From a virus (taxonomy: Duplodnaviria > Caudoviricetes), in the IMG/VR virus record IMGVR_UViG_3300042923_000383, positions 1-58,039 of that record: a DNA stretch of 58,039 nucleotides. One strand, 5' to 3'. Below the pieces are notes generated by a model. The model saw only the letters and a program-made list of their open reading frames with translations, was not told the origin of the DNA and did no database searches. The stretch's first letter is position 1. Every line of letters starts with the position of its first letter. Below are positions 57,899 to 58,039 of the stretch, one piece after another. The translations under genes and the position numbers were made by a program.

Positions 57899-58039
57899 AT
57901 TTTAGAAGGAATAATCAATGTTTTGCAGAAATAAACTACAATGTTTTAATAATATTAGTACTAAAAGGAGCTGTGTCATATGAGAGTAAATTGTTTTTTA
58001 TGCGGTAAACCACAAAATGCACCAGAAACCGATACTTTG

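Noticed and set aside
1-58039. Stop-codon reassignment
   Set aside because: Conserved genes are full length under code 11 and all three stop codons end genes normally.

Overview
AT-rich (pro)phage DNA covering most of a siphovirus-like genome from a Bacillota host, probably a Negativicutes-type diderm (inferred from the SSB and amidase style and a DUF2460/DUF2163/NlpC tail tip of the kind seen in Gram-negative phages). Gene order: recombination/replication block (1-13 kb); RinA/ArpU-type activator followed by a ~0.85 kb non-coding array of structured RNA domains that includes two non-canonical tRNA-like elements (13.8-14.6 kb); accessory cassettes with divergent promoters; terS at 20.5 kb, separated from terL by ~9.7 kb of nucleotide-metabolism, recombinase and antirepressor genes; a second activator; then head, tail and lysis genes. 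Best-supported unusual elements: (i) a 1216-nt group I intron (43321-44536) splitting the tape measure gene and carrying a Zn-finger/Vsr-like homing endonuclease with its own promoter and structured leader; (ii) the ncRNA array, with a 208-nt tRNA-like RNA whose anticodon region is replaced by a ~150-nt folded domain; (iii) a -1 frameshift in the tail chaperone. All family assignments come from motif recognition by eye; no searches or folding programs were run.
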